Positions 56,746 through 64,000 of a stretch of 64,000 bases of DNA are shown one piece after another (within the stretch, counting starts at the first letter, position 1; each line of letters begins with the position of its first letter). The translations under genes and the position numbers were made by a program. Below the pieces are notes generated by a model that saw nothing but the letters and a program-made list of their open reading frames with translations, searched no databases and was not told the origin of the DNA. The DNA is from an uncultured delta proteobacterium (GTDB taxonomy: Bacteria; Myxococcota_A; Polyangia; Polyangiales; Polyangiaceae), in assembly GCA_963841435.1 (NCBI GenBank), contig CAWJCS010000004.1:384001-448000 (forward strand). The letters are read 5' to 3'.

Positions 56746-57366
56746 TCAGCTCGGGCGGAAGTCTTCGACGATCTCCTGAATCACGAAGCTTTCGCCGCGT
56801 GGCGTGAGTCGGAACACGAGATCGTCTCCGAACACGCGGGGGCGCCCCGCCCAAGCCACGGCGATGTGGACCTGCACCACCACCTCGTCGCCGCGAGGCT
56901 CGAGTGGCGCGGACGAGCCGCTCGTGCTGCGTCCGCCGCTCTCCCAAGTTTCGACGTCGCTCGATCGATACAGCGTTTCCCCGCGCAGCCCGCGATAGTC
57001 GAGCCTGACGAAGCGACCGACGTAGTAGCCGCGTGCGGGCTCGCGCCGCGATCCGGCTTGCACCACGGCGTTCGGCGCGAGGACGGTGTCGAGGCTGCTC
57101 GGCGACTCCTCGAGGAGCGCGTGGAAGAACGCGTTGACGGCGGCGCGCGCCTTGCGGGGGTCGATGGGAGCACGCAGAACGACCAGGCCCTCGTCGGTCT
57201 GGGCGTCGTCCGACGGCTCGGGCAGCGCCGTCGACCGTGCGACCTCGGTACCCGCCGGGACGCGTGGCGCGTCGGGAAGGGTCGCGACCGTCTCGAACGG
57301 CGGACCTCCTCGTGGTGCGCAACCGATCGCGACGACGAGGCTACAGAGCTTCCACGAGCGGCTCAT
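56746..57366 (-). CDS. Hypothetical lipoprotein
   Basis: Lipobox-like AIGC and NTF2-like helix/strand pattern. Confidence 0.6.
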   Translation of the reverse strand: MSRSWKLCSLVVAIGCAPRGGPPFETVATLPDAPRVPAGTEVARSTALPEPSDDAQTDEGLVVLRAPIDPRKARAAVNAFFHALLEESPSSLDTVLAPNAVVQAGSRREPARGYYVGRFVRLDYRGLRGETLYRSSDVETWESGGRSTSGSSAPLEPRGDEVVVQVHIAVAWAGRPRVFGDDLVFRLTPRGESFVIQEIVEDFRPS

Positions 57367-58168
57367 CGGTGCGCGTCATGGAAACGAGACAGTGGCCTTC
57401 GAGCGCACGGAATCCGTTTGGTACGGCCTCGGCCTCGGAGACGATGAGAGTGAAGTGAGTGCTCTCGATGCTGGGGATCCGCGCGCGCTTCATGCTGTCC
57501 TCGCCGAGCAGCCCCTCGACGTCTTCCTTGCCCTTGAGCACGCGGATTACCATCGTGCCGTTTCGGTGAACGGCGACCATTCGCTCGCCGTCGGTGACGA
57601 GAATGTCCCCGGCGTTCGGTCCGAAGCCCTCCTCGGCGGATAGGCGATCCACCAGGGCGATGGACGCCCGCAGCGCTGCGGCAATGGCTTCGTGGCTCGT
57701 GTGCGCACGCTCGAGATGGCCGGCGTCGTGCAGAAAAGACAGAAACAAATAGAAGAAGAGCTCGCTGTCGGTTTCGCCGCGCACGTTGCGCCGGAGAAAC
57801 TCCGGTTGGGCCTCGAGCAACCGGCCACGCAGCCGCTCGAAGCCGTCGATGGTGCCCGTCTGGGCCCAGAGCCAGGAGCGATAGCGGAACGGGTGAGTAT
57901 TCTCGGTGCGCAAGGCGCCGACGCTGGCGCGCCGCAGGTGGCCGAGGAGCACGTCGGCGCGCACGTCCTCCGCCGCTTCTGCGAGATCGATCTCCTCGCG
58001 GTCATCGAGCGGACGGCGGCGCAGCAGCACCTCCCCGGCCTGATAAAAGCCCAGGCCCCAGCCGAGCGGTTGATCGGCCGGGCGCCGCGCGCGCAGCACG
58101 GCGCGGTTCGACCCGAGGACCAGGGCCCCGAGGTCCGCGCGGTTACCGATGAAGCCGAACATCCTCAT
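57341..58168 (-). CDS. Class II glutamine amidotransferase-like protein (EgtC/YafJ type) lacking the N-terminal Cys
   Basis: Motifs GWGLGFY, GHLRRAS.G, ENTHPF and GETDSE. Begins MRMFG rather than MCR. Confidence 0.8.
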   Translation of the reverse strand: MRMFGFIGNRADLGALVLGSNRAVLRARRPADQPLGWGLGFYQAGEVLLRRRPLDDREEIDLAEAAEDVRADVLLGHLRRASVGALRTENTHPFRYRSWLWAQTGTIDGFERLRGRLLEAQPEFLRRNVRGETDSELFFYLFLSFLHDAGHLERAHTSHEAIAAALRASIALVDRLSAEEGFGPNAGDILVTDGERMVAVHRNGTMVIRVLKGKEDVEGLLGEDSMKRARIPSIESTHFTLIVSEAEAVPNGFRALEGHCLVSMTRTDEPLVEAL

Positions 58169-58261
58169 GACACGAGCTTACCGATCCACATCTTACCGCG
58201 CCTGAAGGAAAGCTCAACGCGTCGCCCCAACTCCGTGGCCGCTCGGTGGTATGGTTTTCGC

Positions 58262-59054
58262 GTGAACAGGACGGCATTCCTCGCGCTCGGCTGCCTTGGC
58301 TGCGGAGCAGTGTTCCCCGAGATTTCCACCCCACTTCGCTCGCCACCGCCGGGCTTCGTGCTCGAGCCGCGGCCGCCGAAGGATTCTTTTGTACATTCGC
58401 TTCGAAAGCGCCGTCATTCCGGCGAAGACGCGCGACGGGCGGCACTGGGACTCGGTGGGCGGTGAGGCCCCGGATCCGTACGGCAAAATTCTCGTTAACG
58501 GCAAAGAGCTCATCCTCACCCCGGTGCAGAGCGACACCACGCGCCCTACATGGCCCGACCAGGAGCCCGCAAACTACGTGATTCGGCCCTCCGACAGCAT
58601 TCGCGTCGAGCTCTGGGACTCGAATCCCCTCACCAACCATCCGATCTGTGCGGAATCCGTCCGCGAGCTCGCGCAGGCGGCCCAGAGCGGTGAGCCGAGC
58701 CTCGAGGTCCGCTGTGACAACGGTGGCTGGATCACGCTCACCGTGGAGCCCGCGCACGGAAAGCTCGGGCTCGGCTTCAGCTACGGGCTCGGCACCGACC
58801 AGGCGTCGCTCACGAAGGTGATTCGCGAATCGCCCGCTGGGCGCGCGGGGCTGCGAGCCGGCGACCAGATCCTGAGCGTCCAGGGAAAGCAGGTTTCGAA
58901 GCTCGAAGAGGGCGCCCTGCAGAGCCTCATCAACGCCAACGCCGCAATCGGCCTGACGCTCGAGGTGAAGGGCCAGGAGGGCCGCAACAAGACCGTTACC
59001 GTCAAGGACGGCTCGGTCTACCCGGCGGTCGACGAGGGCGTCCCCCTGCCATGA
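58262..59054 (+). CDS. Lipoprotein with C2-like and PDZ domains, interrupted by a +1 frameshift near 58384
   Basis: N-terminus MNRTAFLALGCLGC joins ORF 58296..59054 (PPKD-LLYIRF) if one base is removed. C2-like PDPY..DT..PTW..ELWDSN and PDZ SPAGRAGLRAGDQI. Confidence 0.72.
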
Positions 59055-59950
59055 GTGATCGCCCGGGCCCCCCTGATCCGCCGCTCTTCTTCCCCGAGCC
59101 CGACAGGGGCGTCCTGGTGGTGGAAGGACCCGAACGGGTCAGCTGGCTCAACGGGGTCGTGACTTGTGACGTGACGCGCGTCGAGCCCGAGCGCGGCGTG
59201 TTCGGTCTCCTGCTCAGCAAGCAGGGCAAGGTCCAGACGGAGCTTCGCATCGTGGCGTCGAGCTCGGCGTTGTTCCTGTCGGTTGCGCCGGGCACGCCGG
59301 CGGAGGCCGCCAGCGATCTCGAGCGCATGCTCGTCATGGAGGACGCCGAGCTTTCGGACCAGAGTGGGTCGCTCACTACCGTGACATTGCTCGGCGCGGG
59401 AGCGTCAGCGCTCCTGCGAGCCGTGACGGAGCCCTTAGCGGTCGCCTGGGGGGCGCTTTCGCGCGGCGGGCTCTCGAGCATCGAGCTGATCGTCGAGCGC
59501 CAGGTGCTCGAGCGCGCCTGTGCCGCGCTCGAGGCAGCGGGCGCGTGCCGGGCCAGCGACGAATCCTGGCAGGCGCTGCGCGTCGAGAGCGGCACGGGCG
59601 CGTTCGGGCGGGACTACGGGCCAACGGACAATCCTCACGAAGCGGGTCTCGACCGCCAGGCGGTCGATTGGGCCAAGGGCTGCTACCTCGGGCAGGAGGT
59701 CGTGTTCATGCAGGACGCCCGGGGACGCGTGAAGCGCCGTCTGGTCGCCCTGCGCGTCGAGTCGGGGGTGCCTGCGGTGGGAAGCCCGATCGTCGGGCCC
59801 TCGGGGGAGGCCGCGGGGGAAGTCACGAGCGTGGTTGCCGCGCCGGGCGGCGCATTCGCGCTCGGCCGCGTGCTCGCGCCGCACTTCGAGCCGGGGACGC
59901 GCCTCGTCACGGCTGGCTTCCCGGCCGAAGTGCGCCGGCCCCCGCTTTGA
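59051..59950 (+). CDS. ygfZ: YgfZ/GcvT-like folate-binding Fe-S assembly protein
   Basis: KGCYLGQE signature. Confidence 0.88.
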   Translation: MSDRPGPPDPPLFFPEPDRGVLVVEGPERVSWLNGVVTCDVTRVEPERGVFGLLLSKQGKVQTELRIVASSSALFLSVAPGTPAEAASDLERMLVMEDAELSDQSGSLTTVTLLGAGASALLRAVTEPLAVAWGALSRGGLSSIELIVERQVLERACAALEAAGACRASDESWQALRVESGTGAFGRDYGPTDNPHEAGLDRQAVDWAKGCYLGQEVVFMQDARGRVKRRLVALRVESGVPAVGSPIVGPSGEAAGEVTSVVAAPGGAFALGRVLAPHFEPGTRLVTAGFPAEVRRPPL

Positions 59951-60012
59951 CGGGGGTCCGAAAAGCGCAGGGCGGGGCTTTGCCGGAGCCCGACGCGGTA
60001 TAAGTAGTGCCC

Positions 60013-60969
60013 ATGACCAAATCGAGCTCCGGGGCGACTGTCCGCAGCCGCGTCACGCCCGGCGGCCTGCGCGTGGCTGACGACGCGCTTGCCCTGATCG
60101 CCAACACGCCGCTCGTGCGGCTCGGTCGCGTCGGTCCGCCTGGGGGAGCCACGGTCTGGGGCAAGGCGGAGTTCATGAATCCCGCCGGGAGCGTGAAGGA
60201 CCGGCCCGCGTTGTCGATGATCCTCGAGGCGGAGCGCACGGGGACGCTCAAGCCCGGCGCGACGATCGTGGAGGCGACGAGCGGCAACACGGGGATCAGC
60301 CTCGCGATGATCGCCGCCGTTCGCGGTTACCGTTGTGTGCTCGTCATGCCGGAGGACATGAGCCTCGAGCGGCGTTACATCCTGCGCGCCTACGGCGCCG
60401 ACATCGTGCTCACGGCCGCAGCCGAAGGCATGACGGGCGCGGTAGCCCGCGCCAAGCAGCTCCTCGCCGAAACGGCGCAGGCTTTCATGCCGAGCCAGTT
60501 CTCGAACCCGGCGAACCCCAAGGCGCACGAGGAGGGCACCGCCGCCGAGATCCTGGACCAGACGGGCGGAGAGCTCGCCGCCTTCGTGGCGGGCGTCGGC
60601 ACCGGTGGCAGCGTGACGGGCGTTGCACGGACGTTGCGCGAGAAGCTCGGTAAGAAGGTGATGGTGGTCGCGGTGGAGCCCGCTGCGAGCGCCGTGCTCA
60701 GCGGCAAGGCGCCGGGGATGCACGGGATCCAGGGCCTCGGAGCGGGCTTCGTACCGGAGATCCTCGAGCGCCCGCTGCTCGACAGGGTGGTCGAGGTTTC
60801 GGACGTCGCGGCCGAGCGCATGGCTCGACGTTTGGCACGCGAGGAGGGGCTGCTCGTTGGACCCTCGTCGGGGGCCAACGTCCACGTCGCGTGCGAGATC
60901 GCCGCCGAGCTCGGCCAAGGCAACGTCGTCACGATCCTTTGCGATTCCGGCGAGCGCTATCTCTTCTGA
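60013..60969 (+). CDS. cysK: Cysteine synthase A
   Basis: Motifs NPAGSVKDR, EATSGNTG, GVGTGG, HGIQGLG and DSGERY. Confidence 0.92.
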   Translation: MTKSSSGATVRSRVTPGGLRVADDALALIANTPLVRLGRVGPPGGATVWGKAEFMNPAGSVKDRPALSMILEAERTGTLKPGATIVEATSGNTGISLAMIAAVRGYRCVLVMPEDMSLERRYILRAYGADIVLTAAAEGMTGAVARAKQLLAETAQAFMPSQFSNPANPKAHEEGTAAEILDQTGGELAAFVAGVGTGGSVTGVARTLREKLGKKVMVVAVEPAASAVLSGKAPGMHGIQGLGAGFVPEILERPLLDRVVEVSDVAAERMARRLAREEGLLVGPSSGANVHVACEIAAELGQGNVVTILCDSGERYLF

Positions 60970-61153
60970 GCCGATCTCGTATCACTGGAAATCGAAGGGC
61001 CGCCACCGCTCAGCAGGAGCGTGAGAGCACACGCGACCGCCGAGCGAGCCGAATTGGCCCGTCCGAAACTCCTTGGAGGAGCGGGCCTCACCATAAAAGT
61101 TTGGCTAACATGCGCTATGGTGTGGGCTCGACGGAAATTGGTTTGGAGCGAAG

Positions 61154-62482
61154 ATGAGTAAGCGAACCGTTGTGGGTACGATCGCGCTGTTGGGCGCGGG
61201 CGTCGCCTTCGCATGTAGCTCGGGGGGTGACGACACGCCCGCGGCGGGCGGCAGTGCGGGCACGGGGAGTGGCGGCAAGAGCGCGAGCGGCGGCAGCGCC
61301 GGAAGCTCCGGCAAAGGCGCGACGGGGGGCAGCTCCACGGGGGGCAGCTTCACCGGCGGTACCGGCGGAACGAGCAGCGGCGGGCTCGGCGGCGAGGCGG
61401 GAGGGGGCGGCGAAGCCGGGGACATCGGCGCCGGCGGCATCAACGCGTGCGCCAAGGACATCCAGGAAGCGAAGCTCACGCCCGCGAACCTGCTCTTCGT
61501 GTTCGACAAGAGCGGCAGCATGGAATGCAATCCGCCGGAAGGTGACGCTGCGCTCGGCGCGAGGTGCGAAAATTTCCCCCAGAAGGAAGACTCGACCAAG
61601 CCCTCCAAGTGGGAGGTGACGCGCGCCGCCCTCGGGACGGCGTTGGACACGTTGGCCGACCAGCCCAACGTGCGCGCCGGCCTGAGCCTGTTCCCCAAGG
61701 GCACGGCGAGCAATTCCTGTTCGGTTGACACGGACCCCGAAGTGCCGATCGCCCCGCTCAACACGGCGCACCGCCAGGCGATCGCGGACGTGCTCGACGG
61801 CGTCTCGCCCGCGGGGCTCACGCCGATCGCCGGGGCGACGATCTTGAGCTACTCGCACCTCGCCGACGAGCTCCGTGCGCACTCCCTGTCTGGCAACACG
61901 TTCGTCGTGCTGCTCACCGACGGCGCGGAAACCTGCCGCGAATCCGAGCTCCAGAAGCTCGTCGATATGGACGTGCCGAACGCCCGTCTTTTCAACATTC
62001 GCACCTTCGTCATCGGTGCGCCGGGCAGTGAAAACGCCAGAGCGCTGCTGTCGCAGATTGCCTACGAGGGCGGCACCGCATCGAGCCCCAGCTGCGATCA
62101 CAGCGCAAGCCAGCCCGACGAAGGCGACTGCCACTTCGACATGACGACGAGCACCGACTTCGCCCAGGATTTGAACGACGCGCTGCTTGCCATCAGCCGC
62201 ACTAAGACGCTGACCTGCGAGTTCGACGTGCCCCAGAACCCGGGTGGAGGCGGCGTGAACCTGAACGAGGTCAACGTTGCGTTCCAGCCCGGGAATGGAG
62301 GCAAGGTCGAGAACATCAAGAACGTGCCGAACCAGGACTGCGTTGACGCCGAGGGCTGGCAATACAGCGACGACCGCACCAAGATCGTGCTCTGTGGACC
62401 GGTCTGCGACCGGGTGCAGGCCGACCCGCAAGGTCAGGTGAGCATCGTGCTCGGGTGCCCGACCGTGAAGGACGTGACGTGA
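61154..62482 (+). CDS. Cys-rich VWA-domain lipoprotein with Gly/Ser-rich linker (CglB-like architecture)
   Basis: Lipobox AFAC, MIDAS DKSGS, TP motif, LLTDG and a Cys-rich C-terminal domain. Confidence 0.85.
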   Translation: MSKRTVVGTIALLGAGVAFACSSGGDDTPAAGGSAGTGSGGKSASGGSAGSSGKGATGGSSTGGSFTGGTGGTSSGGLGGEAGGGGEAGDIGAGGINACAKDIQEAKLTPANLLFVFDKSGSMECNPPEGDAALGARCENFPQKEDSTKPSKWEVTRAALGTALDTLADQPNVRAGLSLFPKGTASNSCSVDTDPEVPIAPLNTAHRQAIADVLDGVSPAGLTPIAGATILSYSHLADELRAHSLSGNTFVVLLTDGAETCRESELQKLVDMDVPNARLFNIRTFVIGAPGSENARALLSQIAYEGGTASSPSCDHSASQPDEGDCHFDMTTSTDFAQDLNDALLAISRTKTLTCEFDVPQNPGGGGVNLNEVNVAFQPGNGGKVENIKNVPNQDCVDAEGWQYSDDRTKIVLCGPVCDRVQADPQGQVSIVLGCPTVKDVT

Positions 62483-62490
62483 GGCCTGCG

Positions 62491-64000
62491 ATGACTGACG
62501 CTTCCAGGAAAAGGTATTGGCCTGCCATCGGCCTGCTCTTCGGCGTGGCCTACGCCTGCTCCGGCAATCCGGAGGTGGCCTTCAAGCCCAAGCCCATCGA
62601 TAGCGGTGGCAGCGGAGGCGATTCGAGCGGCGGGACCGCCGGCAAGGGGCTGGGGTCCGGTGGCAGCGCCGGGACGATCGGCGTGCCCGGCACGGGCGGC
62701 AGCAGCAGTGGCGGAAAGTCCGGCACCAGTGGCGGGAAGGGCGGCGGCGGCAACGGCCCGGGCGGCGAGGCCGGCGACTTCGGCAGCGGTGCCTTCGGTG
62801 GCTTCCCGGACATCGACTTCACGTACGACGCCGGGGTGATGGGGCAGGGTGGCGCCTGCGACACGGTGACCGGTAAGGCGGATCTCGTGAAGAAGCCGAT
62901 GGATATCATCGTTGCCATCGACAACTCCGCGAGCATGGCGGGCGAGATTCAGGCCGTGCAGGCGCGCATCAACAACGACTTTGCGAGCATCATCCAGGCG
63001 AGTGGCATCGACTACCGCGTGATCCTGGTGTCGCGTTACGGCAACGTCTTCGATCAGAACTACGACGGCGGCGCGCCGCAAGATTCCGCCTTCTCCATCT
63101 GCGTGGGCGCGCCGCTCAGCACCTTGACCTGCCCGCAATCGCAGAACGCGACCACGCCGCTCGTCTCGCACAATCCGCCGCGTTTCTACCACCACAGCAC
63201 CGATATCGGCAGCAACGACATGTGGTGCCGCTTGCTCGACTCCTACGACAAGACGGATCCGTACCCGGCCGATCCGCGCAGCACCGGCGACCAAAATGGG
63301 ACGCCGTGGGTGCCCATCGCTCCGAACGGCTGGTCTGCCTACCTGCGGCCCGAGGCTTTCAAGGTGTTCATCGGCATCACGGACGACAGCCCGTCTGGGT
63401 CGGGTGGTGGCGGCTGCCCGAACATGCGCGGCCTCGGTCTCAACGGCACGAGCAATCAGGCGGGGGCCGACGCCTTCGACACCACGCTGCGCACACTGGC
63501 GCCGAACCAGTTCGGCGCCGTGGGCGGCGCGCGCAACTACGTCTGGTACAGCATCGTCGGCATGGCCGGCAATGCGACGACCAACCCGACGCCGCTCACT
63601 CCTGCCGACGCGGTCGAAACGCGTTGTTGCCGCGGCAACGGCAGCGCCACCAACAATTGCCCCGGCAACAGCGGCGCGGATGCAGACGGAGCGGGCAACG
63701 GTGCGGGCTATCAGTACCTCAGCATCCTGACCGAGGGCCTGCGCTATCCCTCCTGCTACAACGCGAACTTCGACGCGATCTTCAACGCCATTGCGCAAGG
63801 CGTGATCGAGGGCGCCAAGGCGTCGTGCGAGTACGACGTTCCCGTGCCCACGACGGGCATCGTGGACTTCGACCAGACCAAGGTCACCTACAACCCGGGC
63901 GGCAACGCCGCCGCGGGCATCCCGCTCGAGCGGGCCGCGAGTGCCGCCGCGTGCGGGAGCACGCCGGGCTTCTACTTCAACCAGAGCTTCGACAAGATCT
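62491..64000 (+). CDS. Second VWA-like lipoprotein with Gly-rich linker, 3' end beyond the window
   Basis: ATG 62491 (MTDASRKRYWPAIGLLFGVAYAC), GGSGG linker, DIIVAIDNSASM MIDAS and ITDD motif. Frame stays open to the window end, so it is absent from the ORF track. Confidence 0.82.
   Translation, partial: MTDASRKRYWPAIGLLFGVAYACSGNPEVAFKPKPIDSGGSGGDSSGGTAGKGLGSGGSAGTIGVPGTGGSSSGGKSGTSGGKGGGGNGPGGEAGDFGSGAFGGFPDIDFTYDAGVMGQGGACDTVTGKADLVKKPMDIIVAIDNSASMAGEIQAVQARINNDFASIIQASGIDYRVILVSRYGNVFDQNYDGGAPQDSAFSICVGAPLSTLTCPQSQNATTPLVSHNPPRFYHHSTDIGSNDMWCRLLDSYDKTDPYPADPRSTGDQNGTPWVPIAPNGWSAYLRPEAFKVFIGITDDSPSGSGGGGCPNMRGLGLNGTSNQAGADAFDTTLRTLAPNQFGAVGGARNYVWYSIVGMAGNATTNPTPLTPADAVETRCCRGNGSATNNCPGNSGADADGAGNGAGYQYLSILTEGLRYPSCYNANFDAIFNAIAQGVIEGAKASCEYDVPVPTTGIVDFDQTKVTYNPGGNAAAGIPLERAASAAACGSTPGFYFNQSFDKI

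Noticed and set aside
61100-61120. Possible sigma54 promoter (TGGC...GC) upstream of the VWA gene
   Set aside because: GG-to-GC spacing is off by one base from the strict -24/-12 requirement.
1-64000. CRISPR arrays, tRNA/rRNA genes, IS elements, integrases, prophage or defence islands
   Set aside because: No spaced direct repeats, cloverleaf or rRNA signatures, transposase/integrase motifs or low-GC islands were seen.
50861-64000. MoxR partnering with the downstream VWA proteins
   Set aside because: The VWA proteins are exported lipoproteins more than 9 kb away in a separate unit, whereas MoxR is cytoplasmic.

Overview
High-GC (roughly 70% by eye), gene-dense chromosomal segment. The gene families point to a myxobacterium, most likely Polyangiaceae (Sorangium/Polyangium-like). 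About 50 protein-coding genes are supported. I see no rRNA, tRNA, CRISPR array, transposase, integrase or phage genes. Housekeeping and conserved genes include pmbA, larB, larC, a TrmJ-type methyltransferase, era, der, maf, an RluD-type synthase, ygfZ and cysK. Ser/Thr signalling genes include a zinc-ribbon/double-FHA protein, a PP2C phosphatase and a kinase. The centrepiece (about 27.9-44.1 kb) is an ECF sigma/ZAS anti-sigma pair divergent from a Glt/Nfs-like trans-envelope operon (TPR proteins, GltF-like protein, GltG/TonB-like protein, and a degenerate TolQ/ExbB-like gene). This operon is followed directly by a beta-barrel porin plus short OPX polysaccharide-export module. Nearby lie two GT-C glycosyltransferases, two FadL-like barrels, two flippase-like proteins, a CpsB phosphatase, a PilZ protein and a probable romX. 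A compact MoxR-ACP-(KS-CLF)x2 type II PKS-like operon with two fused KS/CLF didomains lies at 50.9-56.1 kb. Four genes are broken by single-base (+1) frameshifts, three of them at GATTC, which suggests systematic (possibly methylation-linked) sequencing error. All family assignments come from motif recognition without database searches.
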